DNA from: Deinococcus radiodurans R1 = ATCC 13939 = DSM 20539
GTDB lineage: Bacteria; Deinococcota; Deinococci; Deinococcales; Deinococcaceae
DNA length: 19,293 nt
NCBI RefSeq assembly: GCF_000008565.1
Contig: NC_001263.1
Location: 1,407,054 to 1,426,346 of the forward strand
Reading direction: 5' to 3'
Of the stretch, positions 11,381 to 18,394 are shown one piece after another. The position numbers and the translations under genes are program-made. The number at the start of each line of letters is the position of its first letter. Within the stretch, counting starts at the first letter, position 1. The notes below the pieces were generated by a model. That model saw only the letters and a program-made list of their open reading frames with translations, was not told where the DNA came from and made no database searches.

Positions 11381-11521
11381 CTCAACGGTTTTAATCCGAT
11401 TCCCGAACATCCGGAAGAGGCGCCGGATGCCCGTCCATCTCCTTAGAACCGTATTTTTTCCATGCACTCCGCGCAAAATTGCGCCCGGACATGTCCGGGA
11501 CTCAATTTGAAACCGTATCAG
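11381..11521. repeat. composite small intergenic repeat: a diverged full copy plus a near-identical half copy of the 4769-4827 element
   Basis: 11385-11452 is bounded by the 9/10 inverted repeat acggttttaa / ttagaaccgt and has a degenerate inner cccgaacatccgg hairpin. 11481-11521 (gcgcccggacatgtccgggactcaatttgaaaccgtatcag) is 40/41 identical to 4787-4827. Confidence 0.7.
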
Positions 11522-11528
11522 GCCTCAA

Positions 11529-11978
11529 TCACTCGCCCTTCGTCAGCCCCGTGCCCTGAAAAGTGCCTTCCCAGGCGTTGAGAATGCGCCCGCCACGCAC
11601 CAGCAAGACCGCCGGGTAGGTGCCCACCTTGAGCTGCCGGGCAAACTGCGTCGCCTCCGGACCACGCCAGGGCTTCAGGCCCGCCGGGGCCGGCGAGGTC
11701 ACGTCCTCGGCGTTGACGGCGCGCACCGGCAGGCCGCTCCGCAGCACCGCGCCCCACAATTCACCGAGGTCGCCGCAGTCGTGGGTGTAGACCACCACGA
11801 CCTCGCGCTCGGCACTCTGCCAGGGGTGGGCCGGCAGCAGCTCTCCCAGCCGCACGCGGGCGTCCGCCCCCCCCGCGCCGAGCGCCAGCAGCAGCGAGAG
11901 CAGCGGCGCCCCCAGCCGCCGGGCCGGGAAGGCGAATGCAGGGCGTGAAGCGCGGGCCGGGCCGGAAAGGTCTGCCAT
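11529..11978 (-). CDS. secreted thioredoxin-fold-like protein with a single Cys (149 aa)
   Basis: This is the in-frame tail of the 1009-aa ORF, but it reads as an independent gene. The ATG at 11976-11978 is followed by a signal peptide (RRLGAPLLSLLLALGAGGADA). Then comes a thioredoxin-like pattern: VVVVYTHDCGD, PVRAVNAED and YPAVLLVRGGRIL..W.G. There is no CxxC motif. Confidence 0.55.
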   Translation of the reverse strand: MADLSGPARASRPAFAFPARRLGAPLLSLLLALGAGGADARVRLGELLPAHPWQSAEREVVVVYTHDCGDLGELWGAVLRSGLPVRAVNAEDVTSPAPAGLKPWRGPEATQFARQLKVGTYPAVLLVRGGRILNAWEGTFQGTGLTKGE

Positions 11979-12052
11979 AGCTTCCCGACTATGCCCGCGC
12001 CCCGCGCCGCGCCGGATGACGGCAGGGTGAGAAGGCTCAGCGCACGCAGCAC

Positions 12053-12082
12053 GGAAAACCGCCCGGCATAGGGCGCGGGCGG
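12053..12082 (-). terminator. intrinsic terminator-like hairpin plus T-run after the corrected PBP1A stop
   Basis: On the minus strand a 7-bp stem ccgcccg/cgggcgg (12059-12065 pairs with 12076-12082) has a 10-nt loop and is followed by tttt (12055-12058). It lies 21-50 nt downstream of the TGA at 12103-12105. Confidence 0.45.
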
Positions 12083-12102
12083 TGTAGGAAGGGGGCAGGA
12101 GC

Positions 12103-14558
12103 TCAGGGCTGCGCGGGTTTCTGTGCAGGTTTTTGAGTGGCGGGCGCCACCGGCAGCGGGGCCTGCGGCTTGACCTGCTTGAGCGCGGCGGGGTCGGGCT
12201 GCTGGTCGGTGAGCGGCGCGGGGTTGGCGGCGGGCGCGTACCGGGCAACTGCCGGATTTCCACTCGGCGCTGCACCACGTTCTCGGGCGGGGTGAACTCG
12301 GTGGCGATGCGGCCCGTGGCGCGGTCGATGTCCACGACCACCGTGTTCGCGTCCTGGGTGCCGGGGTCGAAGGTGGTTTCGGAGTACTTGGGGCCTTCGG
12401 GCACTGCTTCGGGCACGACTTCGGTCGTGCTGCGGCGGTAGCGGGGGTCCATCATGGCGACCGTCACGCCCGGCAGCGTGGCCTCGCCCACCGGCACGCG
12501 GTAGATGCCGGGCGGCTCGTTGAACTTGACCGGCGTCTTGTCCTTGTGCGCGAGCTCCATCATGCGGCGCCAGATGGGGCCGTTGACCCAGCCGGAGTAG
12601 TAGTTGCGCGACATTTCGCCGCTCTGCTGCTTGCCGACCCAGACGGCGCCGGTGTAGATGGGGGTGGTCCCCACGAACCAGAAGTCCTTGTTGCCGCTGG
12701 TCACGCCGTTGGTGGTGCCGGTCTTGCCGCCCACCGGCCAGTCGCCAAACTTCGCGCGGCTCGCCAATCCGCCCTGCTGGTCGCCGAGGTCGTTGACCAC
12801 GCCGCGAATCATGTCGAGGCCAAGGTAGGCCACTTGCGGCGACCACACGCGGGTCGGCAACTGCACGTCGGTGTCGGCGTCGTAGAGCACCTCGCCGCGT
12901 GCATTGGTCACCTTGGTGATGTAGCGCGGCGGGCGGTACAGGCCCCCGTTGACGAAGGGCGCGTAGGCCGCCGCCAGCTTGACCGGGGTGGTTTCCACCG
13001 CGCCCAGCGCCGCCGCGTAGCTGGTGCCTTCGTTCGGCGGAATGTCGAGCAGCTTGAGCTTGTTGAAAAAGGTCTCAAGGCCCACGTACTCGGCCACGCG
13101 CACCGCGACGAGGTTCAGCGACTTGTCGAGGCCCTCGCGGATGGTCATGGAGCGGTTGGTCGTGATGCCTTCCCAGTCCTGCGGGCAGTACCAGCCGCCG
13201 CGCGAGCCGATGTCGCGGGTGCACCAGCGGGTGTCTTGCTGGCGCATGAGCTGCGTGGCGCCTTTTTCCAGCGCGGTGGTGTAGAGCAGCGGTTTGATGG
13301 TCGAGCCCACCTGCCGCTGGCCCTGCGCGGCGTTGTTCCAGTCGGCGGGCGGGTCGCTGCCCACCAGCTTTTGCCCGATCATGCCGCGCACCTCGGCGGT
13401 GTAGGGATCGATGATGACGGCGGCCAGGGTGGTGCCGGGCGGCAGCGCCTGTCCCTGAGCCGTCATGTAGCCGTAGTAGGTTTCGCGGCTGGCGGTTTCG
13501 ACGGCGTTTTGCACCTTGGGGTCGAGCGTGGTGTACACCCGCAGCCCGCCGGACTCGCGCACCTTTTCGCGCCCGAAGCGCCGAATCAGTTCGTCCTCGA
13601 CCTGCCGGACGAAGTGCGGGGCGCGGGTGGTCGTCACGGCCTTGAGTTCCTTGGCGCTGGGGTCGGTCAGCTTGGCGCTTTTGACGTTGCCCGCGTCGTC
13701 GTAGACGATGGTCCAGCCGCGCGGCTGGATCTTTTCCTTCCAGGCGGCGTCGGCCTGGTTCTGGGTGATCCAGCCGTCTTGCACCATGCGCGCCAGCATC
13801 ACCTTCATGGCGGGGCGCACCTGCCGCTCGAAGTTCTCGTAGCGGTTGCGCGGGTTGGGAATCAGAGAAGTCAGGTAGGCCGCCTGCGCCAGCGTCAGGT
13901 CCTTGGGCGCCGTGCGGAAATACGCCTGCGCCGCCGAGTACACGCCGTAGAGCTCAACCGGGCCGCCGTCGCCCCAGTAGATCGCGTTGAGGTAGTCCTG
14001 CAAAATCTCGGACTTGGTAAAGGACCGCTCGACCTGCGCCGAGAGCAGCCACTCCTTGACCTTGCGGTCGGGGGTACGGGCCTGGTTGTACTCCTCGAGC
14101 AGCAGGGTGTTCTTGACGAGCTGGTTGGTCAGGGTCGAGCCGCCTTGCACCTCTTCACCGCGTGCGAGGCGCTGCACCTGCCGCGCCAGCCCGAGGGGAT
14201 CGAGACCGTAGTGCTCGAAAAAGCGCCGGTCCTCGTTGGCGATCAGTGTGCCGACCATGAAGGGGCTGACCTCGTCGAGTTGCACCAGGGTGCGGCTGAC
14301 CGCCTGATCACCGATGCGCGGAATCAGGGTGCCCAGCGGCGTGTTGTCGCGGGCATACACGCGGGTCTCGGCGCCGAGCGAACGGGTCAGGTTATCGAGC
14401 TCGCGGTAATCGGGCAGTTCACGGCCCCACTGGGCCACGTAGGTGGCCGCCACGCCGACGCCTGCAACGAGCGCCGCGATCACCAGAGACGACAGGAACT
14501 TGAGAAAACGCAGGAAGAAAATCAATGCCGGGCCTCCTGGGGCGGGCGCATACCACAT
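12103..14558 (-). CDS. class A penicillin-binding protein (PBP1A: glycosyltransferase GT51 plus transpeptidase); C-terminal tail reached only through a frameshift near 12245-12260
   Basis: GT51 motifs are EDRRFFEHYG and GGSTLTNQL. Transpeptidase motifs are STIKP, SLN and KTGTT. An N-terminal TM anchor is present. The uninterrupted ORF runs on to 11529 (1009 aa), but after residue ~770 that frame is R/P/S junk. The other frame gives a Pro/Ala/Gln tail ending at TGA 12103. The start is either ATG 14558 or, better supported, TTG 14523-14525, which has AGGAGG 7 nt upstream. Confidence 0.85.
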
Positions 14559-14623
14559 GCGCGGGGAGCGGACAGGGCAGATAGAAGGAAAAGAACCGTC
14601 ACGGGATCAGAGGAGATACGAGT

Positions 14624-15019
14624 TCAAAGGGGATAGAGACTCCCGCCGCGCCGCGCCTCGATGAGCTGGTTGACCCGGCCACGCAGCAGTTTGCCCGACA
14701 CCGGCTTGACCACAATGTCGTCGGCGCCGACCAGTTTGGCCTGATCGCGCGTCTGGTCGTCGTCGACGGTGGAAAGCAGCAGCACCGCACACCCGCGCAG
14801 GCGTTTGATGCGCTTGACCCGCGAGCAGATCTCGAAGCCGTCCATGTAGGGCATCTTCACGTCGAGCAGCAGGGCGTCGGGGGTGTGGCTTTGCAGGTAG
14901 GCCAGGGCGGCGCGGCCATCCGGCACCGCCACGATTTCGTGCCCGTCGGCGGAGAGGATGACTTCCAGCATGGTTCTGATGGCCGGCTCGTCGTCAGCGA
15001 CGAGAATGGTATACGCCAT
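14624..15019 (-). CDS. stand-alone response-regulator receiver domain, CheY-like (131 aa)
   Basis: It carries ILVADDE, LLLDVKMPYMDG (phospho-acceptor Asp), LLLST and VVKP, and has no output domain. I chose the start ATG at 15017-15019 because TATCAT lies 7 nt upstream. The ORF track begins 3 codons earlier. Confidence 0.85.
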   Translation of the reverse strand: MAYTILVADDEPAIRTMLEVILSADGHEIVAVPDGRAALAYLQSHTPDALLLDVKMPYMDGFEICSRVKRIKRLRGCAVLLLSTVDDDQTRDQAKLVGADDIVVKPVSGKLLRGRVNQLIEARRGGSLYPL

Positions 15020-15026
15020 AACCGCC

Positions 15027-15032
15027 ATGATA
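15027..15032 (-). promoter_or_regulatory. -10 box TATCAT, 7 nt before the ATG of the receiver gene
   Basis: The minus strand reads gggTATCATggcggttATG. Confidence 0.3.
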
Positions 15033-15088
15033 CCCGCCGCGCCGAGGCCGGGGCAACGCGGGAAGGCAGCATGGTATCAGACGAGCGG

Positions 15089-15667
15089 TCAGTTCTCCCG
15101 GCGCCGTCCCAGCGCGCCGCGCAGCCAGTGCAGCGCGCCCTGGGGCGGCGGCGCCAGCGTCAGGCCGACCTGGGCGGCAATCTGCTCAGCCACCTGCTGC
15201 GTGCCGAGGCCAGCGGTGTCGATGTGGGTCTGAAACTGCTCGCCACGCAGTTCATTGAGGCGGTCTTCGACGGTGCCCACGTTGACCTGGGGCTGACCGT
15301 CGCGCCGCAGCCGCTCAAGCACCACGTTCAGCGGCGCAATCAGGGTGAAGTGGTGCACGCTCAGGCCCCGGTCTTTCAGGCCGCTCATCAGGCGGCGGTG
15401 CCGGGCGGTGTCGCTGATGGACACTGGGACGATCAGGGGGCCGGCGGCCTCGCGGCTGGCGTACTGCAACGCGTCGAGCATGAGGGGAATCCACATCGGG
15501 TGTTCCTGCGGGTCGCCGCTGAAGCCGGGGGTCAACTTTCGCAGCGCCTGCCCCATTTCCTCGGGCTCGAACACGAAGCTGCCCGGCAGACGCTCGTGCA
15601 GCGTATGGGCGGTGTGGGTCTTTCCCACGCCAAAGGGGCCGTTGATCCAGATGATAGGCGAGCGCAT
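15089..15667 (-). CDS. TmrB-like P-loop ATP-binding protein, tunicamycin-resistance protein family (192 aa)
   Basis: I trimmed the ORF to the ATG at 15665-15667. MRSPIIWINGPFGVGKTHTAHTLHERL..SFVFEPEEMGQALR...LIVPVSI....VHHFTL.A......RLR..HIDT......VAEQIAAQ runs colinear with B. subtilis TmrB as I recall it. The Walker A motif is GPFGVGKT. Confidence 0.72.
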   Translation of the reverse strand: MRSPIIWINGPFGVGKTHTAHTLHERLPGSFVFEPEEMGQALRKLTPGFSGDPQEHPMWIPLMLDALQYASREAAGPLIVPVSISDTARHRRLMSGLKDRGLSVHHFTLIAPLNVVLERLRRDGQPQVNVGTVEDRLNELRGEQFQTHIDTAGLGTQQVAEQIAAQVGLTLAPPPQGALHWLRGALGRRREN

Positions 15668-15674
15668 CGGCGTC

Positions 15675-15680
15675 ACCCTA
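15675..15680 (-). promoter_or_regulatory. -10 box TAGGGT, 7 nt before the ATG of the TmrB-like gene
   Basis: The minus strand reads gtcTAGGGTgacgccgATG. Confidence 0.3.
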
Positions 15681-15802
15681 GACGAAGCCCTCTGACCAAA
15701 TTGGCACGGCTGCTGCCCACAGGTCAGGCTCATTTTTCGAATGCTTTCTAGAGATCAGCATTGTTTTACATTCGCCAAGCGATTTTCTTTCTTGGTATGC
15801 AT

Positions 15803-15808
15803 TAGGAT
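15803..15808 (+). promoter_or_regulatory. -10 box TAGGAT, 7 nt before the ATG of lysZ, inside an AT-rich divergent control region
   Basis: The sequence reads gcatTAGGATagtcaacATG. The 15735-15815 region is markedly AT-rich relative to the rest of the window. Confidence 0.35.
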
Positions 15809-15815
15809 AGTCAAC

Positions 15816-16619
15816 ATGATCGTGGTGAAGGTAGGCGGCAGCGATGGCATCGATTACGACGCGGTGTGTGCGGACCTCGCGGAGCGCTGGCAGGCGGGAG
15901 AAAAACTCATTCTGGTGCACGGCGGCAGCGGCGAAACCAACCGGGTGGCCGAGGCGCTGGGGCACCCACCGAAGTTCGTGACGAGTCCGAGCGGCTACAC
16001 CTCGCGCTTTACCGACCGGCAAACGCTCGAAATTTTCGAGATGGTGTACTGCGGCAAGATGAACAAAGGGCTGGTCGAGCGGCTGCAACGGCTGGGCGTC
16101 AATGCGGTGGGCCTGAGCGGTCTCGACGGGCGCATCTTCGAGGGCAAGCACAAAGACAGCGTGCGCTCGGTGGAGAACGGCAAGGTCAAAGTGCTGCGCG
16201 GCGACCACACCGGCACAGTGGAAAAGGTGAACACCGGGTTGATCGAACTGCTGCTCGGCGCGGGTTATCTGCCGGTCTTGACGCCGCCCGCCGCCAGCTA
16301 CGAGGGCGTCGCCATCAACGTGGACGGGGACCGCGCCGCCGCGCAACTCGCCGCCGCGCTGAGGGCCGAGGCGCTGCTGCTGCTCTCCAACGTGCCGGGC
16401 CTGCTGCGCGACTACCCCGACGAGGCCAGCCTGATTCGTGAAATCCCGGCGAACGACGTGGAGAGTTACCTCGAATTCGCGCAGGACCGCATGAAAAAGA
16501 AGGTGCTCGGCGCCGCCGAAGCGGTGGCCGGGGGCGTGGGCCGGGTCGTGTTCGGCGACGCCCGCGCCGGCAAGCCCATTTCGGCGGCGCTGGCTGGGGA
16601 GGGGACTGTGGTTTCCTAG
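15816..16619 (+). CDS. lysZ: [LysW]-aminoadipate kinase, acetylglutamate-kinase family (alpha-aminoadipate lysine pathway)
   Basis: I trimmed the ORF to the ATG at 15816. MIVVKVGGS.GI.Y..V..D......GEKLILVHGGSGETN.VAEALGHPPKF.....G..SR.TD..TLEIFEMVY.G..NK, through to GEGTVV, is near-colinear with Thermus LysZ as I recall it. The upstream 25 codons have AT-rich, non-Deinococcus codon usage. Confidence 0.9.
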   Translation: MIVVKVGGSDGIDYDAVCADLAERWQAGEKLILVHGGSGETNRVAEALGHPPKFVTSPSGYTSRFTDRQTLEIFEMVYCGKMNKGLVERLQRLGVNAVGLSGLDGRIFEGKHKDSVRSVENGKVKVLRGDHTGTVEKVNTGLIELLLGAGYLPVLTPPAASYEGVAINVDGDRAAAQLAAALRAEALLLLSNVPGLLRDYPDEASLIREIPANDVESYLEFAQDRMKKKVLGAAEAVAGGVGRVVFGDARAGKPISAALAGEGTVVS

Positions 16620-16737
16620 AGCATTTGACAGAAAACCCTCACCCCTTGCTTTGCAAGGCCCTCTCCGCAAGCGGCTCCCTGAGTCTCATCAAGGTAGAGG
16701 GTCAAAGACAGACCAGATTATTGTGTCAAATGCTCTA
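16617..16737. repeat. 121-bp MITE-like element with perfect terminal inverted repeats and TA flanks
   Basis: tagagcatttgaca (16617-16630) and tgtcaaatgctcta (16724-16737) are perfect reverse complements. This can be read as 12-bp TIRs flanked by a TA/TA duplication. An internal hairpin ccttgc-tt-gcaagg is present. The left end overlaps the lysZ TAG stop. Confidence 0.7.
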
Positions 16738-16812
16738 AGTGGCATTTCCTGATGGGTCATTTCTTGAACGGGCGGCCAGCAGAGGCGCTCGCCCGCTACA
16801 CTCTCCCCTGCC

Positions 16813-17094
16813 ATGCTGAGTGCCACCGACCTCCTTGCCTTCCTTGCCCAGCGCGGCGGCCAGGAATACCGCACCGCCGCGACGACGCAAAGTGGCCGGG
16901 GCAAGCGGGCCGTGACCCGCGAGGTCGGCGAGTACCGCTTCACCATGCGCGGCGAGAGCGTGCAGGCCACCGGCCCCAGCGGGCAAACGCGCCAGCTCTC
17001 GCGGGCCGAGTTTGGGGAGATTTTCGGAAGTTACCTGTTCCGCGAGCCGCTGCCGACGGGTGAGATGACGGACTTAGGGCCGCTGTTCGGCTAG
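16813..17094 (+). CDS. small hypothetical protein (93 aa)
   Basis: GC3 is high and the composition is non-junk (MLSATDLLAFLAQRGGQEYR..EFGEIFGSYLFREPLP). TACACT at 16797-16802 lies 10 nt upstream. I recognise no domain. Confidence 0.5.
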   Translation: MLSATDLLAFLAQRGGQEYRTAATTQSGRGKRAVTREVGEYRFTMRGESVQATGPSGQTRQLSRAEFGEIFGSYLFREPLPTGEMTDLGPLFG

Positions 17095-17292
17095 GGCCCA
17101 TTCCCCCCCCAAAGAGGGGGCAAACTTGTGCCCCTGCTCATCCAAAATGAGAACTTTTCTGGCAGAATAGGAAAGTTGCGCTGACAGGTGCACTGCTTTG
17201 TGAATGTTCCCCCTGAACCGTGACTGCGGCCCGCCGAAGTGCACCCGGGCGCCCACAGGCACGAGGTTCAGCCAAAGGACGGAGGAGAGAGC

Positions 17293-17811
17293 ATGTTCAA
17301 CCCCCCTACCCTCGAAGACCTGCAAGAAACGCGGCGCGCCAACGAAAAGCTGGTGCTTGCCGCTCTGGAAAGCAAACCCGAATGGGTCGAGACCGAGCTC
17401 GCCAAGACCACCGGGCTGGCGCTCTCGCACCTGCGGGCGGCCCTCGCCAGCCTGCTCGATCAGGGCCGGGTGCGCCGCCTGCCCGGCACCGGCACCCGCG
17501 CCGTGTACGGACTGGCCGACCCTGGCCTCGCCGACGTGCCCGCCACCCCGCTCACCGAAAACGCCAAGAAGGTCCGCGACTACCTCGAAGGCCGCGCCGA
17601 CTCCGCGCTGTACATGAGCGACCAGTTGCGCCTGACCCGTGAGGAAGTCATGGCCGCGCTGTCACTGCTCAACGCGCACGGCATGATCACCTGCACCTTC
17701 GTGGGCAGCCTGGTGATTTTCCGTCTGAAGGAAGCCCCCGGCGCCACCCCTGAGCCCGAAGTGCCCGCCAAGGGTGGTCGCAGCTCGGCCAAGAAGCAGA
17801 CGACGGCCTGA
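17293..17811 (+). CDS. tandem winged-helix (MarR/wHTH-like) DNA-binding protein with a basic tail (172 aa)
   Basis: I trimmed the ORF to the ATG at 17293, which has GGAGGAG 6-12 nt upstream. There are two helix-turn-helix-plus-wing units: [51 protein letters not shown] and [52 protein letters not shown]. Confidence 0.65.
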   Translation: MFNPPTLEDLQETRRANEKLVLAALESKPEWVETELAKTTGLALSHLRAALASLLDQGRVRRLPGTGTRAVYGLADPGLADVPATPLTENAKKVRDYLEGRADSALYMSDQLRLTREEVMAALSLLNAHGMITCTFVGSLVIFRLKEAPGATPEPEVPAKGGRSSAKKQTTA

Positions 17812-17833
17812 GCCTCAGCTCAAACAGCATCTC

Positions 17834-17876
17834 AACCCCCGGCAGCGCCCCGTGCGCCTCGCCGGGGGTTTTCGTT
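17834..17876 (+). terminator. rho-independent terminator after the wHTH gene
   Basis: The stem aacccccggc (17834-17843) pairs with gccgggggtt (17861-17870). The loop is 17 nt, and the stem is followed by ttttcgtt. Confidence 0.6.
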
Positions 17877-17928
17877 GCTGGGCGCGGCGCAGTGACTGGG
17901 GACAACCGGAAGCTGACACGGCGGCTGC

Positions 17929-17934
17929 TATGCT
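17929..17934 (+). promoter_or_regulatory. -10 box TATGCT, 7 nt before the ATG of darA
   Basis: The sequence reads gctgcTATGCTgctccttATG. This selects the MKLVLAV start, which matches the YaaQ/DarA N-terminus. Confidence 0.35.
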
Positions 17935-17941
17935 GCTCCTT

Positions 17942-18271
<330 letters not shown>

Positions 18272-18283
18272 AGGGCAAACGAA

Positions 18284-18327
18284 AGTGCGGAGAGGGAAGC
18301 TCTGAGCCTTCCTCTCCGCACTTTTTC
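18284..18327. terminator. strong hairpin terminator between convergent darA and dnaJ, likely bidirectional
   Basis: agtgcggagagggaag (18284-18299) pairs with cttcctctccgcact (18308-18322) with a one-base bulge. It is followed by ttttt on the plus strand and by ttcgttt on the minus strand. Confidence 0.75.
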
Positions 18328-18394
18328 TGTCCGCTGAGCTGTAATTTCTCTGGATTTCACCCCCCAGGGTTGGGGGATTCAATCGCAGTTTGTC

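Noticed and set aside
11363-11476. The upstream ATG starts (11476, 11410) of the hypothetical gene.
   Set aside because: These codons lie inside the small-repeat array 11381-11521 and encode an implausible basic peptide. The GTG at 11362, with a -10-like box, is preferred, though this remains uncertain.
11529-14558. Taking the 1009-aa ORF at face value as a novel PBP1A-thioredoxin fusion protein.
   Set aside because: The ~90-residue connector is typical frame-shifted sequence with rare codons. A well-formed alternative-frame tail, its stop and a terminator-like hairpin precede the second module. The second module also has its own ATG and signal peptide, which would make no sense internally.
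12546-14636. Very long ORFs antisense to or out of frame with recognised genes. Examples: 12546..14636 + (696 aa), 697..1758 +, 5556..6629 +, 6777..7784 +, 7781..8905 +, 15678..16670 -, 3858..4811 -, 14885..15751 +.
   Set aside because: All are extremely rich in R/A/G/P/H/Q, contain no recognisable motifs, and each fully overlaps a gene with clear homology. These are the stop-codon-poor shadow frames expected in DNA this GC-rich.
15028-15079. A 7-bp inverted repeat tgatacc...ggtatca enclosing a cccgc/gcggg stem, between the TmrB-like gene and the receiver gene. I considered it as an attenuator or a relative of the ctgatac-armed repeat.
   Set aside because: The pairing is asymmetric and interrupted. 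It shares only 6-7 nt with the repeat family, and one arm is simply the proposed -10 box plus start region. The evidence is insufficient.
15741-15815. A 25-codon N-terminal extension of lysZ (MLSRDQHCFTFAKRFSFLVCIRIVN).
   Set aside because: Its codon usage is AT-rich and unlike the rest of the window. LysZ homologues begin MIVVKVGG. A -10 box sits inside the extension.
17157-17167. The perfect palindrome ttctggcagaa upstream of the wHTH gene, considered as a radiation/desiccation response motif (RDRM, DdrO operator).
   Set aside because: The RDRM is a ~17-bp palindrome with TT..G and C..AA half sites separated by several bases. Here the half sites are separated by a single base, and extending to 17 nt gives only 3 matching outer pairs. 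I saw no convincing RDRM elsewhere in the window.
17239-17292. A GTG start at 17239 for the wHTH gene, adding 18 residues (MHPGAHRHEVQPKDGGES).
   Set aside because: The extension would translate through the GGAGGAG Shine-Dalgarno motif that is ideally spaced for the ATG at 17293, and it has an atypical composition.
18340-18394. The ccccca-gggt-tggggg hairpin downstream of dnaJ, considered as a separate terminator or repeat fragment.
   Set aside because: The stem is short, no U-tract follows on either strand, and there is no second copy in the window. The strong hairpin at 18284-18327 already accounts for termination.
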